Of a stretch of DNA of 64,000 bases, positions 47,646 to 56,884 are shown in pieces (within the stretch, counting starts at the first letter, position 1; every line of letters starts with the position of its first letter). A model generated the notes under the pieces. That model was given only the letters and a program-made list of their open reading frames with translations, was not told the DNA's origin and made no database searches. The stretch is from the IMG/VR virus record IMGVR_UViG_2911420635_000004, positions 1 through 64,000 of that record; one strand, 5' to 3'. This DNA is from a virus (lineage: Duplodnaviria > Caudoviricetes). The translations under genes and the position numbers were made by a program.

Positions 47646-47852
47646 ATGAAGTATCTGATGAGTGCAGAATGGTGGAAGGCAGCCGGCATCCGTGCTGCAA
47701 AGACGATGTTCCAGACTGGTGCGGCTCTGGTCGTGACACAGATGCCCGGCGGCACTGTGGACTGGGTTGCAGTTGGCAGCGCGGCTATTGTGGCAGGTGT
47801 TGCGTCCTTTGGTACCAGCCTTGCCGGTCTGCCAGAACTGGAGAAACAGTAA
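47646..47852 (+). CDS. Holin (r1t-like)
   Basis: WWKAAGIRAAKTMFQT..VDW..V.S..S.AGLPE pattern; two hydrophobic segments. Confidence 0.75.
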   Translation: MKYLMSAEWWKAAGIRAAKTMFQTGAALVVTQMPGGTVDWVAVGSAAIVAGVASFGTSLAGLPELEKQ

Positions 47853-47861
47853 AAAAGACAA

Positions 47862-47928
47862 AAGAAAAAAGAGCCCGACGCATCAGGCTCTTTCAAGGTG
47901 TTGTCCGAAGACGACCACCGCAATTCAT
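47862..47928 (-). ncRNA. Candidate small RNA downstream of the Abi gene (putative antitoxin)
   Basis: TTGCAT(47963)-N17-TATATT(47940) with TGn extension; cUUCGg hairpin GGTGGTCGTC-TTCG-GACAACACC; terminator GAGCCTGA-TGCG-TCGGGCTC + U-tract. Confidence 0.6.
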
Positions 47929-47969
47929 AGCTATAATATACCACATGGGGAGAAATTATGCAAGAGGTT

Positions 47970-48941
47970 TTAAGAATTGCTGATGAAATTTTGAAGCTGG
48001 TTTAAGTGTGCGCGCTGCTGAGTTCCCAAAATCTGATTGCAAATGTTGGGCGAAATCTGAGTTCTTAATAAGTCTGTGCAATCAATAAAGGAACTCACAA
48101 ATTGCTTACAGGCCGTTTTGGTTTCTCCCATCTTTCGTAATATGTAAGTAATCAGGATTATGTAGGCGTCAATGTATTTGAAGTCAAGACCTGTAATGCC
48201 TACTTCTGTTTCAAGAAGCGAAATAAGGCGTTTGTTTATTGTACTTGTCTGAAAACGAGTATCAAAGATGGTGTTGTTATGTGCAACAGCGTTTCGTAAA
48301 TCTTTGACAGCGTAAATCATGTATTCGGTGATTTTTCCATCTGAATCCAGATTGCTTGGCAAGTGAAGTATGCTCGAAGTCTTCAATTTGACATTTGCAT
48401 TTGAGCAGGCGAAAAAAGTACCAAACTCTCCCAACGTCAGTGATTCAAAAACAGCCCAAATAGGAATTGGGCGGTCAGTATCAAAGAAATGGTTGACAGT
48501 TTGCTTCTGATTTGAGTAATCACGCAAAAGTGCATTATTGATTTTTCCCTTGAGGGTCATCCGCTTTGCATATTGCTTGTGGTACTGTTGGCTTCCAGGA
48601 GCGTAGGACTGATAAGCAGTAATGGATTTATTGAAAACGACATCGAGATTTTCTGATTTGCTATCTTGAAGCACGGCTTCAATCACATAACTTTTCAGTG
48701 CGTTTTCAATGAACATTACTTTTGGATAAATCAAAGTCTTCAACTGCATATCAAATTTATTTAACGCTATGACTTCATCAAGCGATGAAAAAGGAATACG
48801 TTGGTTTGGCGTGCGGATGAAGCGGTATCCTTTGTATCCATGATAGTAGCCAATGTTTCGTAGTGATTGAGCCTGATTGCTTTTAACAGAAATCTGGTGA
48901 TGATTTCTCAAATATTTCATAAGCTGATTGATTGACAGCAT
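47970..48941 (-). CDS. Abi_2 (AbiD/AbiF-like) HEPN protein, moron
   Basis: IGYYHGYKGY, FDMQLK..IENALKS, PIWAVFESLTLG, LRNAVAHN; low GC; own TGCTATAAT promoter (48973-81) and GGAGG RBS. Confidence 0.85.
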   Translation of the reverse strand: MLSINQLMKYLRNHHQISVKSNQAQSLRNIGYYHGYKGYRFIRTPNQRIPFSSLDEVIALNKFDMQLKTLIYPKVMFIENALKSYVIEAVLQDSKSENLDVVFNKSITAYQSYAPGSQQYHKQYAKRMTLKGKINNALLRDYSNQKQTVNHFFDTDRPIPIWAVFESLTLGEFGTFFACSNANVKLKTSSILHLPSNLDSDGKITEYMIYAVKDLRNAVAHNNTIFDTRFQTSTINKRLISLLETEVGITGLDFKYIDAYIILITYILRKMGETKTACKQFVSSFIDCTDLLRTQISPNICNQILGTQQRAHLNQLQNFISNS

Positions 48942-49033
48942 ATTTTGTCCTCCTGGGTAAAAATATGTCTATATTATAGCACTGTTGAGAAATATATGGA
49001 AGATACGAAAAAACAGAAAGGGGAATAAATATT

Positions 49034-50431
49034 ATGGGATTCTGGGAATGGATGGGATTTGAGAACCCAAGGGATTCTCCCAAAACAGAACAGCCAAAAG
49101 AAGGTCTGCCGCAGGTCACGGATAATGTCCGCGATTCCGGGCAGACCTTTGTGTTTGGCCGTTCCAATGCCGGGGAGCAGGTGGATGAGAAAGCCGCTAT
49201 GCAGATCCCGACTGTGTATGCCTGTGTCCGTCTGCTGGCGGAGTCCATTGCGGCACTGCCGCTGCATCTCTACCGGGTGACAGACGATAATGGAAACAAG
49301 GAAAAGGCGCGGAATCATCCGCTGTACAAGATTTTATATCGCCAGCCAAACCCGGAGATGACATCCTTTGTTTTCTGGGAAACGCTGATGACTCACTTGC
49401 TTCTCTGGGGCAACGCCTACGCACAGATCGTCCGGGATGGCAAGAACACGGTGCTTGGTCTTTATCCGCTTTTGCCGGAAAATGTCGAAGTCGACCGAGA
49501 TGAGAGTGGCGAGCTCTACTATATCTACCACGCATACACGGATGAAGTTCCGGGAGAGCAGAATAAGGATATCTACTTTCGCCGGGACGAGATCTTCCAT
49601 GTGCCGGGTCTGGGCTTCAATGGTCTGATTGGTTTCTCACCGATTGCCATGATGAAGAACAGTCTCGGTACTTCCATTGCGGTAGATAAATACGGTTCCT
49701 CTTTCTTCAAGAACGGCGCGCAGCCCAGTGGTGTACTGGAACATCCCGGCGTTGTGAAAGATCCGAACCGTATCCGGGATAGCTGGGAAGCGGCTTACGG
49801 TGGTGCAGCCAATGCCCATCGTGTGGCTGTGCTGGAAGAGGGCATGGCCTACAAACCAATCTCCCTGCCACCGGAGGACAGCCAATTCCTCGAAACAAAG
49901 CAGTTCTCGGTCACAGAGATCTGCCGTATCTTCCGTGTGCCTCCGCATCTGGTAGCCGATCTGTCCAGGGCAACCTTCTCCAACATTGAATACCAGTCGC
50001 TGAACTTCGTGATGCACTCCCTGACCCCGTGGCTTGTCCGCATCGAGCAGGGCATCATCAAGGATCTGCTGCTGGAAGAGGAGCAGGATACCTACTTCCC
50101 GAAATTCAATGTGGACGGTCTGCTCCGTGGCGACTACCAGAGCCGGATGAACGGCTATGCGACCGGCATCAGCAACGGCTTCCTCTCTCCGAATGATGTG
50201 CATCGTCTGGAGAACATGGATCTCATCCCAGCAGAGGAGGGCGGTGACGACTACTACCTGAACGGCGGCTATGTGAAGCTGAAAGATGCAGGAGTGGCAC
50301 AGCAGAATAAAGCTGCCGCAGTCCAGCAGAATCAGCCGAAACAGACACAGCCCGACCCGGAAGAAGAACCTGACAGCGATAACCGGCTGAGTGAGAGTAA
50401 GCCACGGAAAAATGGAAGGAGAACCCGATGA
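49034..50431 (+). CDS. Portal protein (HK97 family)
   Basis: TVYACVRLLAESIAALPL, LLLWGNAY, GFSPI, EICRIFRVPP motifs. Confidence 0.95.
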   Translation: MGFWEWMGFENPRDSPKTEQPKEGLPQVTDNVRDSGQTFVFGRSNAGEQVDEKAAMQIPTVYACVRLLAESIAALPLHLYRVTDDNGNKEKARNHPLYKILYRQPNPEMTSFVFWETLMTHLLLWGNAYAQIVRDGKNTVLGLYPLLPENVEVDRDESGELYYIYHAYTDEVPGEQNKDIYFRRDEIFHVPGLGFNGLIGFSPIAMMKNSLGTSIAVDKYGSSFFKNGAQPSGVLEHPGVVKDPNRIRDSWEAAYGGAANAHRVAVLEEGMAYKPISLPPEDSQFLETKQFSVTEICRIFRVPPHLVADLSRATFSNIEYQSLNFVMHSLTPWLVRIEQGIIKDLLLEEEQDTYFPKFNVDGLLRGDYQSRMNGYATGISNGFLSPNDVHRLENMDLIPAEEGGDDYYLNGGYVKLKDAGVAQQNKAAAVQQNQPKQTQPDPEEEPDSDNRLSESKPRKNGRRTR

Positions 50432-51327
50432 AGAAATTCTGGAACTGGATCAAAAACAGTGACGATACCAGAATCCTCCGGCTGGAAGGCCCCATCGATG
50501 AGGAATCATTCTGGGGCGATGAAATCACGCCGCAGATGTTCCGGGATGAGCTGGAATCCGGTGTGGGGGATGTGACCGTCTGGATCAACTCTCCGGGCGG
50601 CAATGTGTTCGCCGCTGCTGAGATCTATACCATGCTTAAGGACTACAAGGGCAGCATCACGGTCAAGATCGATGCGATTGCGGCATCTGCTGCATCCGTT
50701 GTGGCGATGGCCGGTGATACTGTTCAGATGAGTCCCGTTGCCATGCTGATGATCCATGACCCCAGCACCGTTGCAATGGGCAATACCAAGGATATGGAAA
50801 AGGCCATCGAGGTGCTGACTGAAGTCAAGGAGAGCATCATCAATGCCTACGCAGCGAAGAGCGGACTCAGCCACGCCCGTATTGCCAACCTCATGAGCAA
50901 TGAGACCTGGATGAATGCGAAGAAGGCGGTGGAGCTGGGCTTCGCAGACGAGATCCTCTTTGCAAAGAAAGAGGAAGAGCCGGACAGTGATCCAGCAGAT
51001 CCGGAGAATCCGGAAGAAGACCCCGACAGTGAACCGGGCGAGGGCGAAGAAAAGAAGCCGTTCCAGAAGGATACGGCAGGGCACCTTTTCTCCAGCCGTC
51101 AGATGGATCTAATCGTCCTGAACCGTCTGGGTGTGAAACCGGAAGATGTGGGTCAGAAACACACTGAGCCGAAGGCACCGCCTGCTGCCCCGAAACCGTC
51201 CGCAGAGCCGACCCCTCCGGCAGAGCCGTCCGCTAATCCGGGACCTGTCCTTGACATGGACGGCAAGACCGAGGATGGCAGTATCCCCTACAATATCCTG
51301 ATGAAGCAGCTTGAGTGTATGAAGTGA
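50428..51327 (+). CDS. ClpP-like head maturation protease
   Basis: INSPGGNV, AASAAS, LMIHDP, ETWMNAKKAVELGFAD. Confidence 0.92.
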   Translation: MKKFWNWIKNSDDTRILRLEGPIDEESFWGDEITPQMFRDELESGVGDVTVWINSPGGNVFAAAEIYTMLKDYKGSITVKIDAIAASAASVVAMAGDTVQMSPVAMLMIHDPSTVAMGNTKDMEKAIEVLTEVKESIINAYAAKSGLSHARIANLMSNETWMNAKKAVELGFADEILFAKKEEEPDSDPADPENPEEDPDSEPGEGEEKKPFQKDTAGHLFSSRQMDLIVLNRLGVKPEDVGQKHTEPKAPPAAPKPSAEPTPPAEPSANPGPVLDMDGKTEDGSIPYNILMKQLECMK

Positions 51328-51384
51328 TGTGCATTCAGGCTGTTTTTCATATCACCACAAATCAATCTATGGAGGAAAAACACT

Positions 51385-52590
51385 ATGAGTAAGATTCTGG
51401 AACTGCGCACCAAGCGCAACACTCTCTGGGAGCAGACCAAGGACTTTCTGGAGAAGAACCGCGGCGAGAACGGTCTGGTAAAGGCTGAGGCCGTGGAGCA
51501 GTATAACAAGATGGCACAGGAGGTCAAGGATCTGGGTGCTGAGATCGAGCGTCTGGAGCAGCAGGCACAGATCGAGGCACAGCTGTCCGCACCGACTTCC
51601 AGTCCTGTCCACGCTGACCCGAAGAACGGTGCCAAGAAGGATGTCAAGCCGACTGCCACTGCCGAGTATGCCGAGAACTTCTGGAACATGATCCGCAACC
51701 GCGGCCATTACGGCGAGGTCCGCAATGCCCTGTCTGTGGGTGAGGACACCGAGGGTGGCTTTACCGTTCCCGATGAGTTCGAGAAGAAGCTGGTGGAGGC
51801 ACTGGAGGAGAATAACATCTTCCGTGGTCTGGCGACCGTCATCCGCACCAGCTCCGGCACCCGTAAGATTCCCATCGCGGAGGATACCGGTGAGGCAAGC
51901 TGGATCGATGAGGGTGAGGAGATCCCGGAGAGCGATACCACCTTCGGTCAGACCATGCTGTCTGCGTACAAGCTGGGCACTATGATCAAGATCTCCAATG
52001 AGCTGCTGAACGATTCCGCATTCGACCTTGCCACCTATATTGCCCGCCGTTTCGGTGTGCGTATGGGCAACGCAGAGGAGCGCGCCTTTATCACCGGTGA
52101 CGGTGTGGGCAAGCCTCTGGGTCTGCTGGCTGAGACCGGCGGTGCCAAGGTCGGTGTGACCGCTGCCCAGAAGGACGCCGTTACCTTCGATGAGATCTTC
52201 AAGCTCTACTACGCACTGAAGGCTCCGTACCGCAAGAAGGCACAGTTCCTCTGCAACGAAGCCCTGGTGCTGCAGCTGATGACCATCAAGGACAACAACG
52301 GCAACTATATCTGGAAGCCGGGTCTGGAGATCGGCAAGCCTGATACCCTGCTGAACCGTCCGCTGAAGACTTCTGCCTTCATGCCGGAGATCAAGGGTGG
52401 CAGCAAGGTCATGGCTTTCGGTGATTACAGCTACTACTGGGTGGCTGACCGCCAGAACCGCACCTTCCGCCGTCTGAACGAGCTGTATGCCCGTACTGAT
52501 CAGGTCGGCTTCCTGACCACCCAGCGTGTGGATGGCAAGCTGATTCTGCCCGAAGCCGTACAGCTTCTGCAGATGGCACCGCAAGGCTAA
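51385..52590 (+). CDS. Major capsid protein (HK97 fold)
   Basis: Coiled-coil delta domain; EGGFTVP, WIDEG, ISNELLNDS, FGDYSYY, RVDGK. Confidence 0.95.
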   Translation: MSKILELRTKRNTLWEQTKDFLEKNRGENGLVKAEAVEQYNKMAQEVKDLGAEIERLEQQAQIEAQLSAPTSSPVHADPKNGAKKDVKPTATAEYAENFWNMIRNRGHYGEVRNALSVGEDTEGGFTVPDEFEKKLVEALEENNIFRGLATVIRTSSGTRKIPIAEDTGEASWIDEGEEIPESDTTFGQTMLSAYKLGTMIKISNELLNDSAFDLATYIARRFGVRMGNAEERAFITGDGVGKPLGLLAETGGAKVGVTAAQKDAVTFDEIFKLYYALKAPYRKKAQFLCNEALVLQLMTIKDNNGNYIWKPGLEIGKPDTLLNRPLKTSAFMPEIKGGSKVMAFGDYSYYWVADRQNRTFRRLNELYARTDQVGFLTTQRVDGKLILPEAVQLLQMAPQG

Positions 52591-52616
52591 GAAAGCCAGG
52601 AAAGGAGGAGCCGGTT

Positions 52617-52955
52617 ATGGCACTGATCCCGCTTTACGAAGCGAAGACCTATCTCCGCGTGGACAGCAGCGATGAGGATGCCCTGATCGGCATCCTTTTA
52701 TCTTCTGCGGAGCAGATGTGTAAGGATGTGGGCCGTTTATCGGAAGACCAGTGGGAGGCAGTCAATGCCGCTGACCGGGATGTCGAGAACGGAGTACAGC
52801 CTACAAGGGAACTGGAAGCCCTGCGCAGCACCTGCCGTGTGGCGATTCTGTATGCGCTGGGGTATCTCTATGAGCACCGGGACGAAGCTGACCATAAACA
52901 GCTGATGCTGACGCTTCGTTCCATTCTGTTTGCTGTGAGGGAGGGGGTGTTCTGA
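52617..52955 (+). CDS. Head-tail connector (gp6-like)
   Basis: EAKTYLRVD..DED.LI; AILY..YLYEHR. Confidence 0.85.
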   Translation: MALIPLYEAKTYLRVDSSDEDALIGILLSSAEQMCKDVGRLSEDQWEAVNAADRDVENGVQPTRELEALRSTCRVAILYALGYLYEHRDEADHKQLMLTLRSILFAVREGVF

Positions 52956-53311
52956 TGATCGAGAAACTGAATGAGCGGATCACGATCGAGAAAAGCACGG
53001 TCGTGACCGATAAGGTCGGAAACCATCGGAACACATGGGAGGAATATTTCACCTGTTTTGCCTACGCTTCGACCTATCAGGCGCAGGAAGAAGAAGGTGA
53101 GGTCACAGCCGAACAGAAGAGCGTGGTGTTTACGGTTCGGTGGTGCAGTGAGACCGGAAATCTCACATCAACAGGTTACCGCATCCGTTTCCGGGAGCAG
53201 CTCTACAATATCGAATCCGTTGACCCGATGAACTACCAGAAGAAGATCCTGAAAATTCATTGCAGACTGGAGAGGAGGCAGCCGGATGAGCAGAACCGTC
53301 AGCATCGATGA
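52955..53311 (+). CDS. Head closure / head-tail adaptor
   Basis: KLNERITI, FTVRW, YRI.F..QLYNI.SVD. Confidence 0.85.
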   Translation: MIEKLNERITIEKSTVVTDKVGNHRNTWEEYFTCFAYASTYQAQEEEGEVTAEQKSVVFTVRWCSETGNLTSTGYRIRFREQLYNIESVDPMNYQKKILKIHCRLERRQPDEQNRQHR

Positions 53312-53663
53312 GATGGCAGATGCCATCAATGAGGGCTTAAAAGAATACGCGACCCTTGCTTCCACGCAGGTGAAGAGTGCCGTTCGTAAGTCTGCCAAAA
53401 CGGTCAAAGACCAGATCTCGGCCAATGCACCGTCCCGGACGGGCGCGTACAAGGGAAGCTGGGTGGCGACCAAACAGTCCGAATCCAGTCAGAGCCTTCA
53501 GATGGTGGTGCATTCCAAGAACCGCTACCAGCTGGCACATTTGCTGGAAAAAGGTCATGCCAAACGCGGCGGCGGTCGTGTGGCAGGAAGACCCCATATT
53601 GCTCCGGCTGAACAGGCCGGCATCGAGCAGCTCCAGTCCCTCATCGAAAAGGCACTAAAGTAA
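53286..53663 (+). CDS. HK97 gp10-like tail component
   Basis: AP.RTG.Y..SW, LAHLLEKGH, PHIAPA. Confidence 0.85.
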   Translation: MSRTVSIDEMADAINEGLKEYATLASTQVKSAVRKSAKTVKDQISANAPSRTGAYKGSWVATKQSESSQSLQMVVHSKNRYQLAHLLEKGHAKRGGGRVAGRPHIAPAEQAGIEQLQSLIEKALK

Positions 53664-53673
53664 GGAGGAACCA

Positions 53674-53991
53674 ATGACCCACGAAGAGGTAAAAGCTCTG
53701 GTGGAAGAGATGGGACTTCCTTATGCGTATGACCATTTCGCAGAAGGGGAGAGCCCTGATCCACCGTTTATCTGCTTCCTGTATCCGAAAGCTGAGAACT
53801 TTGGCGCGGATAATCTTGTGTACCACCATTTCAACCGGCTGGACATAGAGGTGTACACCGATTACAAAGACCCGGATATGGAAGCAAATATTGAAGAAGT
53901 CCTGACCGCACACGAACTCTACTATGAGAAAAGTGAGGTCTGGATCGAAACCGAAAAGATGTATGAAGTCCTGTATGAGCTGACCGTGTGA
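53674..53991 (+). CDS. Tail terminator/completion protein
   Basis: Position; PDPPFICF, E.WIETEKMYEVLYE. Confidence 0.7.
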   Translation: MTHEEVKALVEEMGLPYAYDHFAEGESPDPPFICFLYPKAENFGADNLVYHHFNRLDIEVYTDYKDPDMEANIEEVLTAHELYYEKSEVWIETEKMYEVLYELTV

Positions 53992-54025
53992 TGCTCATGC
54001 GGGATATTTTTATGGGAGGAACACT

Positions 54026-54640
54026 ATGTCGAAGAAAAGCAATAAGGTCAAATTTGGCCTGAAAAACTGCCATTATGCCAAGGCAACCTTTGACGAAGAT
54101 GGCAGTGTCACCTATGCAAAGCCGGTCCGCATCCCCGGTGCAGTCAGTCTTTCTATGGATGCTAACGGTGAGATCGAGCCGTTCTATGCGGACAATATCG
54201 CCTATTATGTCGTGAATAACAACTCCGGCTACGAGGGTGATCTGGAGATCGCGCTGATCCCGGAGAGTTTCCTCACGGACATCATGCACGAGGAACTGGA
54301 TGGCAACGGCGTGCTTGCTGAGAACGCCAATGTGGAATTGGAGCATTTCGCATTCCTGTTCGAGTTCGATGGCGACCAGCGTCACATCCGTCATGTGCTG
54401 TACAACTGCGTGGCAAGCCGTCCTTCCATCGAGGGTGAGACCAATGAGGACAGCAAGGAAGTCAAGACGGACACCCTGAACCTGCAGGCAACCCCTCTGG
54501 CAAACGGTTATGTCAAGGCAAAGACCGGTACCAACACCACCGATGATGTCTATAACAAGTGGTACGATGCGGTCTACGAGCCGCAGGCGGAAGCTGTGGA
54601 CACCGAAGACACCAGTCACACCGAGGAGCCGCAGGGCTAA
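54026..54640 (+). CDS. Major tail tube protein (phi13-like)
   Basis: NKVKFGLKNCHYA, IPGAVSLS, FYADN, FALLFEFDGD-like, VLYNC..SRP. Confidence 0.88.
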   Translation: MSKKSNKVKFGLKNCHYAKATFDEDGSVTYAKPVRIPGAVSLSMDANGEIEPFYADNIAYYVVNNNSGYEGDLEIALIPESFLTDIMHEELDGNGVLAENANVELEHFAFLFEFDGDQRHIRHVLYNCVASRPSIEGETNEDSKEVKTDTLNLQATPLANGYVKAKTGTNTTDDVYNKWYDAVYEPQAEAVDTEDTSHTEEPQG

Positions 54641-54656
54641 GTGACCGACACACACC

Positions 54657-54674
54657 GCAGGGCTTCGGCTCTGC
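54657..54674 (+). repeat. 18-bp hairpin repeat, copy 1
   Basis: GCAGGGC TTCG GCTCTGC. Confidence 0.85.
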
Positions 54675-54696
54675 TTACATTATTATAAAGAGGTAT

Positions 54697-55530
54697 ATGA
54701 TTATGAAGAAGATTTTTCCTTTGTTCGCAGTGATTATCGTTCTGGTGCTGGCTGTCTGCTCGTTCCACATTATCCCCACCGGCTACACGGGCGTGAAGAC
54801 CAGCTTCGGCCAGATCCAGGAGACCACCATTCAGAGCGGTAAGCTCAACTTCTGCATTCCCTTTGTGCAGAGCATCCACAAGGTCAACAACAAGCAGCAG
54901 GATAAGCACATCGAAGCGCAGGTCTGGGGCGAAGCCTCCGACAAGACCCCTGTGTATGCCGCTGATGTCATTGTGACTTATCAGGTGCTTCCTGAGAAGA
55001 GTGCATGGCTGTATGCGAATGTGTCCGACATCAAGAATCTGGTCGGTGACGAGCTGGTGGCATCTGCCATTAAGTCTGCGATGGCTGAACTTGGTCCCAA
55101 TGAGGTAACCAACCGCACCAAGATCGAGCCTCTGGCACAGCAGAAGCTGGCAGAATCCCTTGTGCAGAAATATGGTGAGGACGTTGTGTTTGTGAACAAG
55201 GTCGTCATCAATGACATGAATTTCGAGGATGCCTATAACGAAGCCATCCAGCAGAAGTCCATTGCACAGCAGAACGCAGATAAGCAGAAGATCGAGAATG
55301 AAGCCGCCATTGCCAAGGCAGAAGCGGATAAGCAGGTGGCAATCACCAATGCAGAGGCGGAAGCCCAGAAGACTTCCATTGCCGCAGAAGCTCAGGCAGA
55401 GGCAAACCGCAAACTGGCAGAAAGCCTGTCCGATACGCTGATCGAGTACCAGAAGATCCAGAAGTGGGATGGAAAGCTGCCGACTGTGAGCGGCGGTAAT
55501 GCACTGGTGAGCATTGACCCGGCAGAGTAA
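54697..55530 (+). CDS. SPFH/Band-7/prohibitin family membrane protein
   Basis: N-terminal TM; IIPTGYTGV..FG; coiled-coil AEAEA repeats; KWDGKLP. Confidence 0.9.
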   Translation: MIMKKIFPLFAVIIVLVLAVCSFHIIPTGYTGVKTSFGQIQETTIQSGKLNFCIPFVQSIHKVNNKQQDKHIEAQVWGEASDKTPVYAADVIVTYQVLPEKSAWLYANVSDIKNLVGDELVASAIKSAMAELGPNEVTNRTKIEPLAQQKLAESLVQKYGEDVVFVNKVVINDMNFEDAYNEAIQQKSIAQQNADKQKIENEAAIAKAEADKQVAITNAEAEAQKTSIAAEAQAEANRKLAESLSDTLIEYQKIQKWDGKLPTVSGGNALVSIDPAE

Positions 55531-55545
55531 GAAACACGATATATG

Positions 55546-55563
55546 GCAGGGCTTCGGCTCTGC
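55546..55563 (+). repeat. 18-bp hairpin repeat, copy 2
   Basis: GCAGGGC TTCG GCTCTGC, identical to 54657-54674. Confidence 0.85.
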
Positions 55564-55597
55564 CAATTTTACATGAAATTTATGGAGGATTACGATT

Positions 55598-55978
55598 ATG
55601 GCAGTTACAAAGAAAATCGAGATCGATGGCAAGGAAGTCACCTTTAAGGCAAGTGCGGCTGTGCCTCGCCTGTACCGCATCAAGTTCGGCCGTGACATTT
55701 ACAAAGACCTGCGCCAGCTGGAAAAGAGCGTAGGGGAGAATGATGAGGACAATTCCAACCTCGACCTGTTCAGTCTGGAAATGTTCGAGGACCTGGCATG
55801 GCTGATGGCCCGTCATGCAGACCCCGCGAATGTGCCGGACAGCCCGGAGGAGTTCCTGGACCAGTTCAACACCTTTTCCATCTACCAGATCCTGCCCCAG
55901 CTGATCGAACTGTGGGGCCTGAATGTGCAGACGGAGGTGGAATCCAGAAAAAACCTCGAAAGAGTGAGCGGGAAATGA
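55598..55978 (+). CDS. Tail assembly chaperone (gpG-like)
   Basis: Position between tail tube and tape measure; IEIDGKEV.FKASAA.PRLYR. Confidence 0.8.
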   Translation: MAVTKKIEIDGKEVTFKASAAVPRLYRIKFGRDIYKDLRQLEKSVGENDEDNSNLDLFSLEMFEDLAWLMARHADPANVPDSPEEFLDQFNTFSIYQILPQLIELWGLNVQTEVESRKNLERVSGK

Positions 55979-56139
55979 CCACCCCGCTCTTTCTGCTGCG
56001 TTGTGTACAGCTCGGTATCAGCATCGCCGACCTAGACCTGCTGACCATCGGGTTGGTCAATGATATGTTCACGGAACGGCAGAACGACGATTATCCGTAC
56101 AAAGAGCTGGCCTCGCAGGAGGATTTCGACCGGTTCTAA
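55948..56139 (+). CDS. Tail chaperone -1 frameshift extension (gpGT-like)
   Basis: Slippery A AAA AAC at 55948-54; the -1 frame reads KKPRKSEREMTTPLFLLRC...QEDFDRF. Confidence 0.7.
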   Translation, partial: KKPRKSEREMTTPLFLLRCVQLGISIADLDLLTIGLVNDMFTERQNDDYPYKELASQEDFDRF

Positions 56140-56250
56140 AGCAAAAAACAGACGACCGTGCTTATATTGTGAACGAAATAAGCACAATCGTCTGGTGATG
56201 GTATAAAAAATCCCACTCAGCCATGTGACTGGGTGGGATATATGCTGTCA

Positions 56251-56589
56251 CTATTCGATTTCCACGTCTTCAAAACCGACAAGGTCAGCTTCAGTGATGC
56301 CAAGGCGACGAAGCATTTCCTCTTCAGAGATCAAGTAAGATTCAGTCTGTTTTAGAGAGGTGTTTGTTTGCATGGTATCTTCAAAGATGTTGCGGAGATA
56401 ATCGGGTCCTTCCATCCAGAGTCCGGTGGAATAGTCAAATAGCATTTTGTATGCGGGAGAGGTTACAAAGCGAAAAAATACGTCGTTGAAGGAAACACCG
56501 GTATCATCACAGTAGTCTGTGAGCATAGTGCGCATAACGAGTACGGCGCACATTTCGCGTTGTGAATCATCGATGACAACCTCGTTCAT
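56251..56589 (-). CDS. DUF3791-like protein (third copy)
   Basis: F..F.TS..Y.MLFDYSTGLW.EG.DYL pattern shared with 56615-56884. Confidence 0.55.
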   Translation of the reverse strand: MNEVVIDDSQREMCAVLVMRTMLTDYCDDTGVSFNDVFFRFVTSPAYKMLFDYSTGLWMEGPDYLRNIFEDTMQTNTSLKQTESYLISEEEMLRRLGITEADLVGFEDVEIE

Positions 56590-56614
56590 AAAACCACCTC
56601 CTAGCAATTATTTT

Positions 56615-56884
56615 TTATGCAGTCTTTTTGGAAGTGCAGTAGTCATAAAGACTCAGCAGATAATCAGAGCCTTCTTTCCAAATCTCTGTGTCAAAATCAA
56701 AGAGGGCTTCATACGCACGAGAACTTGTGAAACGAAGAAGAGCTTCCTCGTATGAAATATTTTCTCGTGCTGCAAGGGTTTCTACAGCTTCGCGCATCGC
56801 AATTACTGCGCAGCATTCCTTTTGGGAATCTGTAGATTTATAGTTTATAGCATTATCACAATTTGATGTCACCATAGCGGTCAC
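56615..56884 (-). CDS. DUF3791-like protein (second copy)
   Basis: ISYEEALLRFTSSRAYEALFDFDTEIWKEGSDYL. Confidence 0.6.
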   Translation of the reverse strand: MTAMVTSNCDNAINYKSTDSQKECCAVIAMREAVETLAARENISYEEALLRFTSSRAYEALFDFDTEIWKEGSDYLLSLYDYCTSKKTA

